The translations under genes were made by a program, and so were the position numbers. From a virus (Duplodnaviria; Caudoviricetes), in IMG/VR virus record IMGVR_UViG_3300009602_002561, positions 1 through 24,098 of that record: a stretch of DNA of 24,098 nucleotides; one strand, given 5' to 3'. Of the stretch, positions 8,413-16,470 are shown one piece after another (within the stretch, counting starts at the first letter, position 1; each line of letters begins with the position of its first letter). The notes beneath the pieces were generated by a model. The model saw nothing but the letters and a program-made list of their open reading frames with translations. It searched no databases and was not told the DNA's origin.

Positions 8413-9215
8413 GCTGCATCTTCCCCGAGCTGCTGCGCGCTGAGGTTGGCGCGGACGAGAGCGGCGGCGATTGACTCTAGTTCCGGGACGCAATCCAGCG
8501 TGGCGGTGTCCTCCTGATCGCCGCACGACCGGCATACAAAAAAACCGCCTTTCAATTCCGCAACCACGCGATTCAATCTTATAGCCAATTCACTCTGCGC
8601 CGGCTGCGGGGCATGCACCGTTGCGCTCGGATGCCTGTCGTCGCGGCTGTTCCCCGCGATACGGGCGAACAGATGGGCGTTCCAGCTTTGCGATATCTGC
8701 TTAAAGGTTTTCAAAGCAGCGGGCCGGGAGCCTGCCCCTGCAAACATCAGAGGCTGACGATCCGCATCATCGAAAACGATCATGTGCGGGCACTCTTCTG
8801 GAATCGCTAGAGATGCCTGCGGAGTGTTCTGCGCGATGGGTGAGGCGCAGCGTTTCACTGCTGCTGCGTACACTTCCTTGATCGTGTCCCAAGGCACAGT
8901 GACGTGCTCCGTGTAGGTCACTTCGCCGCCGCACACTTCGCATTCTTCGTCGGGCTCGTCGTCGTAGTAACAACCAGAACACGTAGTTTCGTGGCCAATC
9001 CTGAACTCGCCGGTCAGGGCTGCCTTTGCGCCGTTCTCGGCCGATAGCGCGCAAGGCATCACGACGTAGCCTGCCGGCACCGGCTCCACCTGCGGCTGTG
9101 CCAGCAGCGTTGCCAAGTAGTCAGCATGCGGGGATGGATGTGGATGCGCGCCATAGCGCAGCACGTTGATGACGCGCTCGACTTCATGTTGCGGGATGCT
9201 GATCTGTTTGCTCAT
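8409..9215 (-). CDS. Mosaic phage early protein with Cys-rich (Zn-binding) segments
   Basis: ATG 9215 with GAGGGGGA RBS. CSGC...CEVC and CRSC motifs separated by Pro/Gln/Ala linkers. Confidence 0.7.
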   Translation of the reverse strand: MSKQISIPQHEVERVINVLRYGAHPHPSPHADYLATLLAQPQVEPVPAGYVVMPCALSAENGAKAALTGEFRIGHETTCSGCYYDDEPDEECEVCGGEVTYTEHVTVPWDTIKEVYAAAVKRCASPIAQNTPQASLAIPEECPHMIVFDDADRQPLMFAGAGSRPAALKTFKQISQSWNAHLFARIAGNSRDDRHPSATVHAPQPAQSELAIRLNRVVAELKGGFFVCRSCGDQEDTATLDCVPELESIAAALVRANLSAQQLGEDAA

Positions 9216-9226
9216 GACCGTCCCCC

Positions 9227-9823
9227 TCACATGCACTGCGGCGCAGCTGCGCCGGCGTGTGCTTCGTCGATCCGTTCCCAGGTGCCCAGTGCGTGGCGGT
9301 GGGTGGTTTGCATCAGTTCGAGCAGCTTGGCGTGGAAGTGCATGCTGGCTTGCTCGCTGGTCCAGCGGGGCAGCGTGGCCGGTAGCGGAGTGACGCCGGC
9401 AAGGCAGGGCCAGGTTTCACCGTGTTCGGGCATGAGGTCGCGGCGCTCGGTGGCGAGGGCGATCATGTCCGCTTCGTGGATGCTGGTCGGTAGCTTCGGG
9501 TCGAGATTGAAGCGGTCGCAGATGGCGAGCCAGATGCCATGCTCGATCTCGCTGTAGTCGGGTAGCAGTGCTTTGAGCGGACGAACCAGATCGCCGACAT
9601 AGGCTTCGGTGGCATCGTGCACCAGAGCAGTCAGTTGCAGGCCGGGCGGGACGATGCTGGCGACTAGCAGGCTGTGCTGCGCTACCGAGTAATGATGGCG
9701 GGTGTGACCACCAAAGCGGCAGACGTGCGCCAAGGCATGGGCGATGTCGATGGTGGTGATCAGCTCCGCACGCGGTGCGAGCAGGTCGAAGCGCTGGCCG
9801 GTGTAGGTGAGGATCCAGCTCAT
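9227..9823 (-). CDS. HD-domain phosphohydrolase (YfdR/5'-deoxynucleotidase-like)
   Basis: WILTYTG, DIAHALAHVCRFGGH, YSVAQHS, ALVHDATEAYVGD, EADMIALATERRDLM. Start overlaps the upstream stop. Confidence 0.9.
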   Translation of the reverse strand: MSWILTYTGQRFDLLAPRAELITTIDIAHALAHVCRFGGHTRHHYSVAQHSLLVASIVPPGLQLTALVHDATEAYVGDLVRPLKALLPDYSEIEHGIWLAICDRFNLDPKLPTSIHEADMIALATERRDLMPEHGETWPCLAGVTPLPATLPRWTSEQASMHFHAKLLELMQTTHRHALGTWERIDEAHAGAAAPQCM

Positions 9824-10716
9824 ATTGCCTGCTCCTGTGCTCCGGCTGCCTCGATGGTCGGCCGTACCCAAACGCAGACCGGGCCATCTTCCGTGTCGTG
9901 TATTGAGAAGATGAACCAGTCTTCGCCGTCCGGTTTGCTTGGTTCCCACTTGGAGCAGTCCGGCTCGCCGCTGTCAAAGTAAGCGTCGACAAGCTCTTGA
10001 GGGGCGTCGCCCTCGAAGTCCACGACAGCCAACTCCAGGCCTTGATCGATAAACCATGCCTTAGGAATAGTCTCGTCATCAGTCGCCGGCCACGCGGCAT
10101 GCGTCCAGTGGCCGTGTTGGTCACGCTCGACGTTCACTGCTTGGATTGGCGTTCTGTTGGCTACTGTGCGGGCCGCATGCAGTTCTAGCGCGGCGATCAG
10201 TTGCCGGGCCTCGTGGCGGGCGTCGTTCAAGGCGTGGTGTTTTGTGCCTTCGAACGGGATTGCCTTTTTCGCTTGTGGGTACAGGGCTAGCAGGGTGCGC
10301 AGGTCCCGGTCGTTCCAGAACTTCCACGGCATGGCGAACCCGGAGCGCTGATAGGCACTGCCGAGGATGACGTTGTCGAAGCTGCTGCCGTTGCCCCACA
10401 CCAGCGGCTGATCTTCGGCGATACCGCCGCGGTGCATGAACTCGCTGAGCTTGCCGAGGGCAGTGGTGATGTGGATTGCGGGGAGCTCGCCACTGACTTC
10501 CTGACGGGCCTCTTGGGGTTGTGCCAGCCACCATTGCAGGGTCGGTGTGTCGATTTCGCCGCCCATGGCGAGGGAGGATTCAAGGTCAACGCGCTCATAG
10601 AACTCGTCAACAATCTCGCCCTGTTGCACGCGGACGCAGCCGATCGCGGCGATTGCCGCGTTGGGGGCGGTGCTCATGGTTTCAAGATCGAGCACGAAGT
10701 GGATGGCGTTGATCAT
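9820..10716 (-). CDS. DEDDh 3'-5' exonuclease (DUF5051/RNase AS-like) with extra C-terminal domain
   Basis: VLDLETM, TLQWW, VWGNGSSFDNVIL, RDLRT, HHALNDARHEA motifs. ~110 aa C-terminal extension (RDQHGHWTH...IHDTEDGPVCVW). Confidence 0.88.
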   Translation of the reverse strand: MINAIHFVLDLETMSTAPNAAIAAIGCVRVQQGEIVDEFYERVDLESSLAMGGEIDTPTLQWWLAQPQEARQEVSGELPAIHITTALGKLSEFMHRGGIAEDQPLVWGNGSSFDNVILGSAYQRSGFAMPWKFWNDRDLRTLLALYPQAKKAIPFEGTKHHALNDARHEARQLIAALELHAARTVANRTPIQAVNVERDQHGHWTHAAWPATDDETIPKAWFIDQGLELAVVDFEGDAPQELVDAYFDSGEPDCSKWEPSKPDGEDWFIFSIHDTEDGPVCVWVRPTIEAAGAQEQAI

Positions 10717-11225
10717 GCCACGCGCTCCTGTGTCAGGGCTGGCTGGGCGTTCCAGTAGCGTTCGAACAGGCCGTTTGCGACGGTGGCGAGGTTGCGACAG
10801 CTGGTGGCCTGGTCGTGGGCGTTGAGGTTGGCGAAGGTCTGTGCGGCGAGGCTGAGCTTGGCGGCGATGGCGGTCAGGTGCGCGGCGTCGTCTTCGGTGA
10901 GTGCGACGGCTGAGTAGGTGCGCACAGCGGCCAGGGCGTTGGCGGTCTGTTCGCGCAGGCGGACCAGCTCATCAATGCGCTGGTCCGATTCCTCGGTCAT
11001 GGCTTCGATGGCCTGGGCGGCGTTTAGGCGGCTGAGGGTGTGTTCGTGTTTGACGCGTTCGAGCTGGTGGCGCCAGGCGTCGTACTGTTCGCCATGATTG
11101 GCGTGGATGCGCGCTATGTCGTTGCGTCGGCGGCGCAGCCCTTCGAGGTAGCCAATGCCGAACACGATGGCCATGCCGGCGAAGCCGCCGATGAACGCCA
11201 GAATTTGGTAGGTGGTGAATGACAT
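10713..11225 (-). CDS. Hypothetical protein, N-terminal TM helix + coiled coil
   Basis: Hydrophobic ILAFIGGFAGMAIVFGIGYL followed by RRRR. RBS GGGGAG. Confidence 0.75.
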   Translation of the reverse strand: MSFTTYQILAFIGGFAGMAIVFGIGYLEGLRRRRNDIARIHANHGEQYDAWRHQLERVKHEHTLSRLNAAQAIEAMTEESDQRIDELVRLREQTANALAAVRTYSAVALTEDDAAHLTAIAAKLSLAAQTFANLNAHDQATSCRNLATVANGLFERYWNAQPALTQERVA

Positions 11226-11297
11226 GCTGTGTCTCCCCTGATGCCCGCCGCTGGGCCGTGGTAAGGGGCTGCGGCGGGCAGGTGCTGGTGGTGGTGG

Positions 11298-12134
11298 TTA
11301 CTTGCCGAGGGCGAAGGTGCCGATGGTGAGCGGTACGAAGCCGCCCACCTGCTGCTCGAGCACGGCCTTGAACTCGCGGGCGAACTCTTCGCGCTGGGCC
11401 TCTTCCCCGACCCATCGCAGTTTCAGCAGCGGCTCGTCGCGCCCGGTGATCACCGACAGGCGCAGAGTGATCTTGGCGGGCTGCAGGCCTTCGAATGGCA
11501 CGGTGGTGAAGATGAAGGCTGAGGGCAGAGTGTCCTGGCTCTTGGCTTCGATCTCATCCATGGCCGAACGGCTGCTGGAGAAGTCGCCCACGTTGCTGTC
11601 GCGCTGGCTGGTGGCCTTGATGACCATGCGCCGTACGGCGTTGATGGCCTGCAGCATCGGCAGATCGGTTTCGCCGGCCTTGGCTTCTAGGTTGGGCAGC
11701 CAGTCTTCCAGCCATTCGGCCAGGGCTTGCTGGCTGAGCGTCGAGCCTCGAATTGCCAACAGTGCCGAGTACGCGGCGGTGGGCTTGAGCGTCAGCATGG
11801 CGGTGTCGTCGCCATGGCCGGCGGCGCCGGGTGCGCCCAGGTTGAAGATGATGGTGGCGCGCATGGCGTCCTGATCGATGAAACCGCACGGGTCTACTGG
11901 CGCCGCGTCATCGGTTTCGTGCGCCTTGACGTACTTGGCGAAGTCCTCAATCGAATGAGTAACCATGGCACCACGGAAGCGGTCGCGCAGCGGCTGGAAT
12001 ACTTCCATCGTGTGGAGACGAATGTTTTCGGGCAGTACGGCAACGGTGGTGCCGCCTTCAACGGTGATGGGCTTGGCAGCGGCGATGACGGCCTGGGATT
12101 CGATGTGCTGAATGGCTTCTTTGCTCAATGGCAT
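11298..12134 (-). CDS. YfdQ/DUF2303-family phage protein
   Basis: RDRFRG.M.T.SIEDF..Y, FNLG...PGHGDD.A.L.LK.TAAY, Q..LAEWLEDW, SAMDEIEAKS patterns. Confidence 0.85.
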   Translation of the reverse strand: MPLSKEAIQHIESQAVIAAAKPITVEGGTTVAVLPENIRLHTMEVFQPLRDRFRGAMVTHSIEDFAKYVKAHETDDAAPVDPCGFIDQDAMRATIIFNLGAPGAAGHGDDTAMLTLKPTAAYSALLAIRGSTLSQQALAEWLEDWLPNLEAKAGETDLPMLQAINAVRRMVIKATSQRDSNVGDFSSSRSAMDEIEAKSQDTLPSAFIFTTVPFEGLQPAKITLRLSVITGRDEPLLKLRWVGEEAQREEFAREFKAVLEQQVGGFVPLTIGTFALGK

Positions 12135-12175
12135 GGTGTTGCTTCCTTGTTGGTAAGTGGGTTTTGCTGCTGCAG

Positions 12176-12523
12176 TCAGACTTCGCGCGCTTTAACCGGC
12201 GCGTCCTCGGGCTTGAACATCTGCGGTGTGGGGTCGTTCTGGAACAGCGTGAGGCCGCTCTCAGTCACGTACATGGGCGTGTCGAGGCTGGTGTCTTCAC
12301 GCTTTTTGCCGCGCTTGGTCGGCTGCACGAAGTCGAGCGTGTGGCTGACGGCCACCTGGTGGCTCTGGCCGATCTGCTTGAGCTTGAACTTGAGCGTGAC
12401 TTCGCCCGGCTTGCCGTGGTCGACGACGCCAGCGGCTACATCGGACAGGGCACGACCTACCTGACTGGCGAATACGCCGGCGTTGAGTGAGCCGAGAAAG
12501 TCATTTACGTCTGTGGGTTTCAT
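12176..12523 (-). CDS. YfdP-like phage protein (partner of YfdQ)
   Basis: TDV.DFL..LNAGVF...LS.VA.GVV...K.G.V, PT.RG...ED...TPMYV...G.LTLF; adjacent to yfdQ. Confidence 0.75.
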   Translation of the reverse strand: MKPTDVNDFLGSLNAGVFASQVGRALSDVAAGVVDHGKPGEVTLKFKLKQIGQSHQVAVSHTLDFVQPTKRGKKREDTSLDTPMYVTESGLTLFQNDPTPQMFKPEDAPVKAREV

Positions 12524-12544
12524 GCTGTGTCTCCCTTTGCTGCG

Positions 12545-12823
12545 TTATGCCGCTTGGTGGGCGGCGGTTGGTTGTTGCTGGTTGTTCGGGTCGAGCGAGT
12601 CCAGCCATGCGGCTAGGTCGCGGAGGTAAACGACGCGAAGTGCCTTCTGGGTTACATCTGTGCGCGTGTAGCGCAGCCGGACGCGGCCCTGGTGAATGAG
12701 GTCGATCAGGTTCTTCTCGCTGCTGATATGGGGCAGGTATTCGGCGCGAACCTCGTCGAGCGGCAGGCAAGGCCTGTCGTAGCGCCGCAGCAATTGCTCA
12801 AAGGTGCTGGTGGCTTTAATCAC
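12545..12823 (-). CDS. Pyocin activator PrtN-family protein
   Basis: T...LL.RY....LPLDEVR.EYLPH...L...I..G...L......QKA.RVV.L.DLA.WLD matches the PrtN family pattern. Confidence 0.8.
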   Translation of the reverse strand: MIKATSTFEQLLRRYDRPCLPLDEVRAEYLPHISSEKNLIDLIHQGRVRLRYTRTDVTQKALRVVYLRDLAAWLDSLDPNNQQQPTAAHQAA

Positions 12824-13185
12824 GCTACTGCCTCCCCGCGCCCCGCCGGGAGGCGCATGCGGACCAGCATGGCGAGCCCGTCGATGGTCTTGCCGGCGGC
12901 GGTGACGATCAGCACGCCGGCCGCATCGGTAACGACGGCGCCATAGGGCCGCACGGCGTCTGTGGTGGGCGTGACGTACAGCGTTTGGCCGGGAGCCAGC
13001 TCTGCCGCGACCACGCGATACACCTCAGCCAGCTCAAGCGCTGCAGGGTCGATAGCCTGCAGGCGCTCAACTGCCTCTCTGGCTGCGCCCAGCATGGCGT
13101 CAGCGCTGACGACGTCCGGGTGGTAGTGAACGATCGGGACCAGCTTGAGCGCGCCGATGGCATCAGTAATGGGGTTAGAGTTCAT
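12820..13185 (-). CDS. Hypothetical phage protein
   Basis: Overlapping start/stop coupling with neighbours. Confidence 0.7.
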   Translation of the reverse strand: MNSNPITDAIGALKLVPIVHYHPDVVSADAMLGAAREAVERLQAIDPAALELAEVYRVVAAELAPGQTLYVTPTTDAVRPYGAVVTDAAGVLIVTAAGKTIDGLAMLVRMRLPAGRGEAVA

Positions 13186-13457
13186 GCGACGGCTCCCTTC
13201 TGAGTCACGGTTTTATCGAGCTGCTTGGCGAGCCAGGCGATGCCGGCTTCGGTGCTCATCACCACCGGATAGTGGCTGTAAGCACCGATGCTGTTGTTCC
13301 AACGAGAGCGGGTGTCCACGAACAGGTAGCCCTTGTCGCGATGCGCACAGGCCAGTTCACCGTTCTGCTGGAGAATGCCCAGCTCACGTAGGCGGCGGCG
13401 GAGGATGCGCGGGCCAATGCCGAGCACGGCGGCGGTAGCGTCGAGGTTCCTGTTCAT
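13182..13457 (-). CDS. Antirepressor KilA-C (ANT) domain protein
   Basis: AAVLGIGPRILRRRLRELGIL...RDKGYL......T.AGIAWLAKQL is the ANT domain pattern. Confidence 0.8.
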   Translation of the reverse strand: MNRNLDATAAVLGIGPRILRRRLRELGILQQNGELACAHRDKGYLFVDTRSRWNNSIGAYSHYPVVMSTEAGIAWLAKQLDKTVTQKGAVA

Positions 13458-13467
13458 GGCGGTGGTC

Positions 13468-14364
13468 TCAGGCTGCAGCCGCGTCGTGCTGAGCAATCCA
13501 GCGCAGTCGCTCGGCTTCGCTCTTCAGCATTTCAAGGCAGGTGTCATAGGCGCCGCATTGCTCGGGGCCGGCGATGATCAGCATGCAGGCGCCGAAGGGG
13601 TGCGGTTCGTGCACAACGATCTCGCCCAGCGCCTCGCGTGCATCTGTTGGTAGCTCAGGCTTGTTCGGGTATGTCTCGTTGTGGCGATTGACGTACCAGA
13701 TGGCCTTCTCGATGTTCTCCACTGGGTTGCCTTTGGCATCGCGGCGGAACAGGTACTTGAAGGCATTCCCCAGGCAGAACGGCAGATACTCGGCAACCTC
13801 GATGCACTCCACGCCGCTCGGGTGGCCGGTGTAGTGCGGTGGGTGGTTGACCATGTCGGCGGTGGGGCTGGGCTCTTCGTCCAGCTTGTTGCGCTGGAGG
13901 TCGTTCCAGGCATTGCGCGCGGCTTCCGCCGTATCGGCACCTTCCAGCGACTGGCAGGCGCTGTACCGGCACTTCACGCCGTGCAGGAACGCATCGCCGG
14001 AACGCAAGGCATAGTCGTAGCCTATGGCCTCGCCTTCGCATCGGCAGCAGGGCAGCAACACGGCAGAGCGCTGCGGTGCTACCTCGGCTGTATCCAGCGT
14101 GCCGTTGGCGATCGCCTCGACCCAGTCAGCCAGGTGCTGCGCGTTGGCGCTATCGCCGCGCTGCAGCGTCATGCTGTGGCGCTGGTTGGCCAGGTAGACC
14201 ACTGCTTCGAGCGGCCCGCCGACCAAGGTGCCCAGCGGCTCGATGGTGATCTCCGGGCGCAGCTCGCGCGCGGGCTGGATGAGCAGCAGGATTTCGGTGC
14301 CGCCCATGCTGGCGATCAACCGAAGGGCGGCAGTGCTGCCGGCTGTTAGGGAATAGGCGCTCAT
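13468..14364 (-). CDS. Fusion: unknown N-domain + Lar-like Zn finger + DUF3310 (SaV-like) domain
   Basis: LLPCCRCEGEA...VKCRYSACQS...AEAARNAWN (Lar-like). DMVNHPPHYT...ECIEV...FCLGNAFKYLFR...KG...ENIEKAIWY (DUF3310). Confidence 0.8.
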   Translation of the reverse strand: MSAYSLTAGSTAALRLIASMGGTEILLLIQPARELRPEITIEPLGTLVGGPLEAVVYLANQRHSMTLQRGDSANAQHLADWVEAIANGTLDTAEVAPQRSAVLLPCCRCEGEAIGYDYALRSGDAFLHGVKCRYSACQSLEGADTAEAARNAWNDLQRNKLDEEPSPTADMVNHPPHYTGHPSGVECIEVAEYLPFCLGNAFKYLFRRDAKGNPVENIEKAIWYVNRHNETYPNKPELPTDAREALGEIVVHEPHPFGACMLIIAGPEQCGAYDTCLEMLKSEAERLRWIAQHDAAAA

Positions 14365-14699
14365 GCTGTCACCTGGGGCTTAGCTGGTGGGCAGTACGGG
14401 AGCAATTGCTCGGCTAGCGCTTCGAGTTCGGAACAGACGGCGCGTACCTGCTCGTTATTGAGCGCATAGGTGTGCGCGTGTCCGTCGAAGTAGATGGTTT
14501 GCTTGAAAAACCAGCTGGCGATGCGCTGTTCACGCGTCATTTCGGCGTACTGCTCGTGTGGCATCGCCTCGCGGATGCGCACGTCAATCTGTGCGTTACT
14601 GCCGTCGATATCGCAGTGGGCGATGTACCGCCCGCCTGCGGTGATGCGCAGTGTCGTTGTGACGATCTGAAGGATGAAGATTTCGATGCGCAGATTCAT
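14361..14699 (-). CDS. Hypothetical phage protein
   Basis: ATGA overlaps on both sides. GGAGGT RBS within the upstream gene. Confidence 0.65.
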   Translation of the reverse strand: MNLRIEIFILQIVTTTLRITAGGRYIAHCDIDGSNAQIDVRIREAMPHEQYAEMTREQRIASWFFKQTIYFDGHAHTYALNNEQVRAVCSELEALAEQLLPYCPPAKPQVTA

Positions 14700-14893
14700 G
14701 CTGCATCACCTCCGAACGGACCGAAGTCTTCAAAGGCGGGCAGGGTGGGTTGCTGCTTAAGTTGCGGGCGGCCGCCTGTGAGCACAATCAGCTGGCCGGT
14801 GGCGCGCTGGATGCTGGCGACGGTGTTGGGGTTGGTTGCCGCTGCCGGGTGTAGGTATACCGGGCAGCGGGTGGCGCTGTGCTGTGTCTGCAT
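14696..14893 (-). CDS. Small hypothetical protein, first gene of the leftward early operon
   Basis: 65 aa (VYLHPAA..NP..VA.IQRATG), directly after the PL-like promoter. Confidence 0.7.
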   Translation of the reverse strand: MQTQHSATRCPVYLHPAAATNPNTVASIQRATGQLIVLTGGRPQLKQQPTLPAFEDFGPFGGDAA

Positions 14894-14925
14894 GACCGTA
14901 ACCTTGGTAAGTGGGTACGGTGTGA

Positions 14926-14954
14926 AATATGTACTAGTGGTTCACTTCAGTCAA
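14926..14954 (-). promoter_or_regulatory. PL-like sigma70 promoter
   Basis: Minus strand TTGACT (14954-14949), 17 bp spacer, CATATT (14931-14926), overlapped by operator sites. Confidence 0.65.
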
Positions 14955-14989
14955 GTACCTAAGGTTCATAAATTAGTACGCCTGGTTCA
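14930..14989. promoter_or_regulatory. Three left repressor operators (OL)
   Basis: TGTACTAGTGGTTCA 14930-14944, AGTACCTAAGGTTCA 14954-14968, AGTACGCCTGGTTCA 14975-14989; same 15-bp pseudo-palindrome as the OR sites. Confidence 0.8.
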
Positions 14990-15004
14990 ATATTGATCCG
15001 CTTA

Positions 15005-15262
15005 TCAGTGTTCCATGGCGCGCCAACGGACATGTACAGTCCCGTCGGGGCGGCGGGTCATGGCGACGCCGTCCGTTTGCTGGATTTCGTCCAGCAGGCG
15101 CTCCCAGTCCTCGGCTCGGTCGTCTGGATGACGCGCTAGGTTCGCCTGGCGTTCGACTTGGGCGCGGGGTGTGGTGATGAGGTGGTTGATGCGGCGTACC
15201 AGGCGGCCATAGCTGGATGCCTGGCGCTGGTGGGTGACGCTTTGGGCCTGAGTCCGATTCAT
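15005..15262 (-). CDS. DUF1654-family protein
   Basis: SSYGRLVRRINHLITTPRAQ...DWERLLDEIQQTDGV...DGTVHVRW. ATG 15262 with AAGGAG RBS. Confidence 0.75.
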   Translation of the reverse strand: MNRTQAQSVTHQRQASSYGRLVRRINHLITTPRAQVERQANLARHPDDRAEDWERLLDEIQQTDGVAMTRRPDGTVHVRWRAMEH

Positions 15263-15276
15263 GGCTTTCTCCTTAC

Positions 15277-15296
15277 TGCTGGATATCCGTACAGTA
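15277..15296. promoter_or_regulatory. LexA (SOS) box
   Basis: Minus strand TACTGTACGGATATCCAGCA contains CTG-N10-CAG (15279-15294), just upstream of the DUF1654 RBS. Confidence 0.75.
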
Positions 15297-15394
15297 ATGA
15301 GGGCGATCGGAAAGTTCAACGAAACGGCGCCTGGTGCGATTTGGTGTGTAAGGTTTTGGGGTAGGTGGCCAGGACGGCCGGGAGGGGGATGCAG

Positions 15395-15419
15395 AAAGCC
15401 CCGCCGAAGCGGGGCTTTT
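15395..15419. terminator. Intrinsic (possibly bidirectional) terminator
   Basis: AAAGCCCCGC-cgaa-GCGGGGCTTT perfect stem with flanking A/T runs. Confidence 0.75.
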
Positions 15420-15621
15420 ATTCAGCCTGTGTCCTTATCGATGCTCCAAGCGCCGCGATCCACGCAGTGGTCCATCAGCCATCCAAGCCCGGTGCGCGTC
15501 CTGCGCCATTGCGGGCAAACTATGATGTAAGCCGGATGGGCTGGATACGGCTTAAACCCGCCACCGCTTGTAGGTGAATGCTTACAGCCGAAACAGTTGC
15601 TTGCTAGGCGAGCGGCCTGAA

Positions 15622-16053
15622 TCAGGCGGCTACGGCTTCAGTCCAGGAATTATCATGCCTCTCGAACACGGCATGCCGACCTACGGTAGGTGCCGACTCA
15701 AAAGTCATAGGACCAAATTTGATATGGATGAACGCCGAGTAGAATGCCCGCATAGCCACATCAGCGGGCCCTGGAACTTCGGCGTCGCCTTTCTTTTCCC
15801 AATTTGCGACCGTTTGCACGTCGACCCTGAGAACGCCTGCCAGCTCTTCCTGCACCAGATCCTGCTCCTTACGCAGAAAGCGGAACTGGTTGCCGGACAT
15901 CGGAGTGTTCTGGCGCACGATGTCAGCGGCAATTGCTCGATGTAGCCCATCCAGATCCTCAAACGAAACACCCTGACCGTAAGGGGTTTCTTCGATCGTA
16001 TAGCCATTCTTCAGAAAGATGCCGGGTAGGCCGGCGCCTTTGTATTCGTACAT
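15622..16053 (-). CDS. HTH (XRE/MqsA/HigA-like) antitoxin
   Basis: MYEYKGAGLPGIFLKNGY N-terminus. HTH FRFLRKEQDLVQEELAGVLRVDVQTVANWEK. Starts just after the DUF4258 stop. Confidence 0.8.
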   Translation of the reverse strand: MYEYKGAGLPGIFLKNGYTIEETPYGQGVSFEDLDGLHRAIAADIVRQNTPMSGNQFRFLRKEQDLVQEELAGVLRVDVQTVANWEKKGDAEVPGPADVAMRAFYSAFIHIKFGPMTFESAPTVGRHAVFERHDNSWTEAVAA

Positions 16054-16055
16054 AT

Positions 16056-16373
16056 CTAGATATCCCAAACCGTAATAGCGAAGAGCTTGCCGGGCTCAGG
16101 GTCGGGCTCTATTGCCGCAACGATGCAAACGACATCTCGCGGCGGAGCCTCGCTCATCAAAAACTTGTAGGTCTTCCGCCCCGCGTCATAGTCAGGGCCG
16201 CTAGTAATCCGACCACGCTGAAGGCACCGAAGAGCCTCCCCTGTCGTGACGCCTCGCTCTGCGAGCCTTTCAAGGCAGTGGCCAGTGAAGATAACGCGAG
16301 CGGAGGTCTGAGCAAGAACGTGAACGAGGTCTTCAACCTGATCTCTAGTCCACAACGGCTGCTTTGCTTTCAT
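16056..16373 (-). CDS. DUF4258 (RelE-like) putative toxin
   Basis: VIFTGHCLERLAERGVT...L.RG.I ... LFAITVW is the DUF4258 signature. Confidence 0.8.
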   Translation of the reverse strand: MKAKQPLWTRDQVEDLVHVLAQTSARVIFTGHCLERLAERGVTTGEALRCLQRGRITSGPDYDAGRKTYKFLMSEAPPRDVVCIVAAIEPDPEPGKLFAITVWDI

Positions 16374-16378
16374 GCTTA

Positions 16379-16432
16379 CCTATAATTTTTATAGGCGATC
16401 CAATCATGATCGGTGCGCCTCATTATCGTCAA
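16379..16432 (-). promoter_or_regulatory. TA operon promoter and palindromic operator
   Basis: CCTATAA-TTT-TTATAGG palindrome 16379-16395 just upstream of the toxin start. Minus-strand TTGACG-18 bp-CATGAT further upstream. Confidence 0.6.
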
Positions 16433-16470
16433 TATATGCTTAATTAAATTCGCTAGCCGGTCGCAAACAC

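Noticed and set aside
11281-11299. (GGT)n short tandem run
   Set aside because: Too short and intergenic to suggest phase variation.
15420-15620. Small ORF or Rsm-sponge RNA between the terminator and the antitoxin (TAAGCCG/CGGCTTA hairpin with two GGA)
   Set aside because: Only one hairpin, on the strand with no evident promoter; no convincing start or RBS for an ORF.
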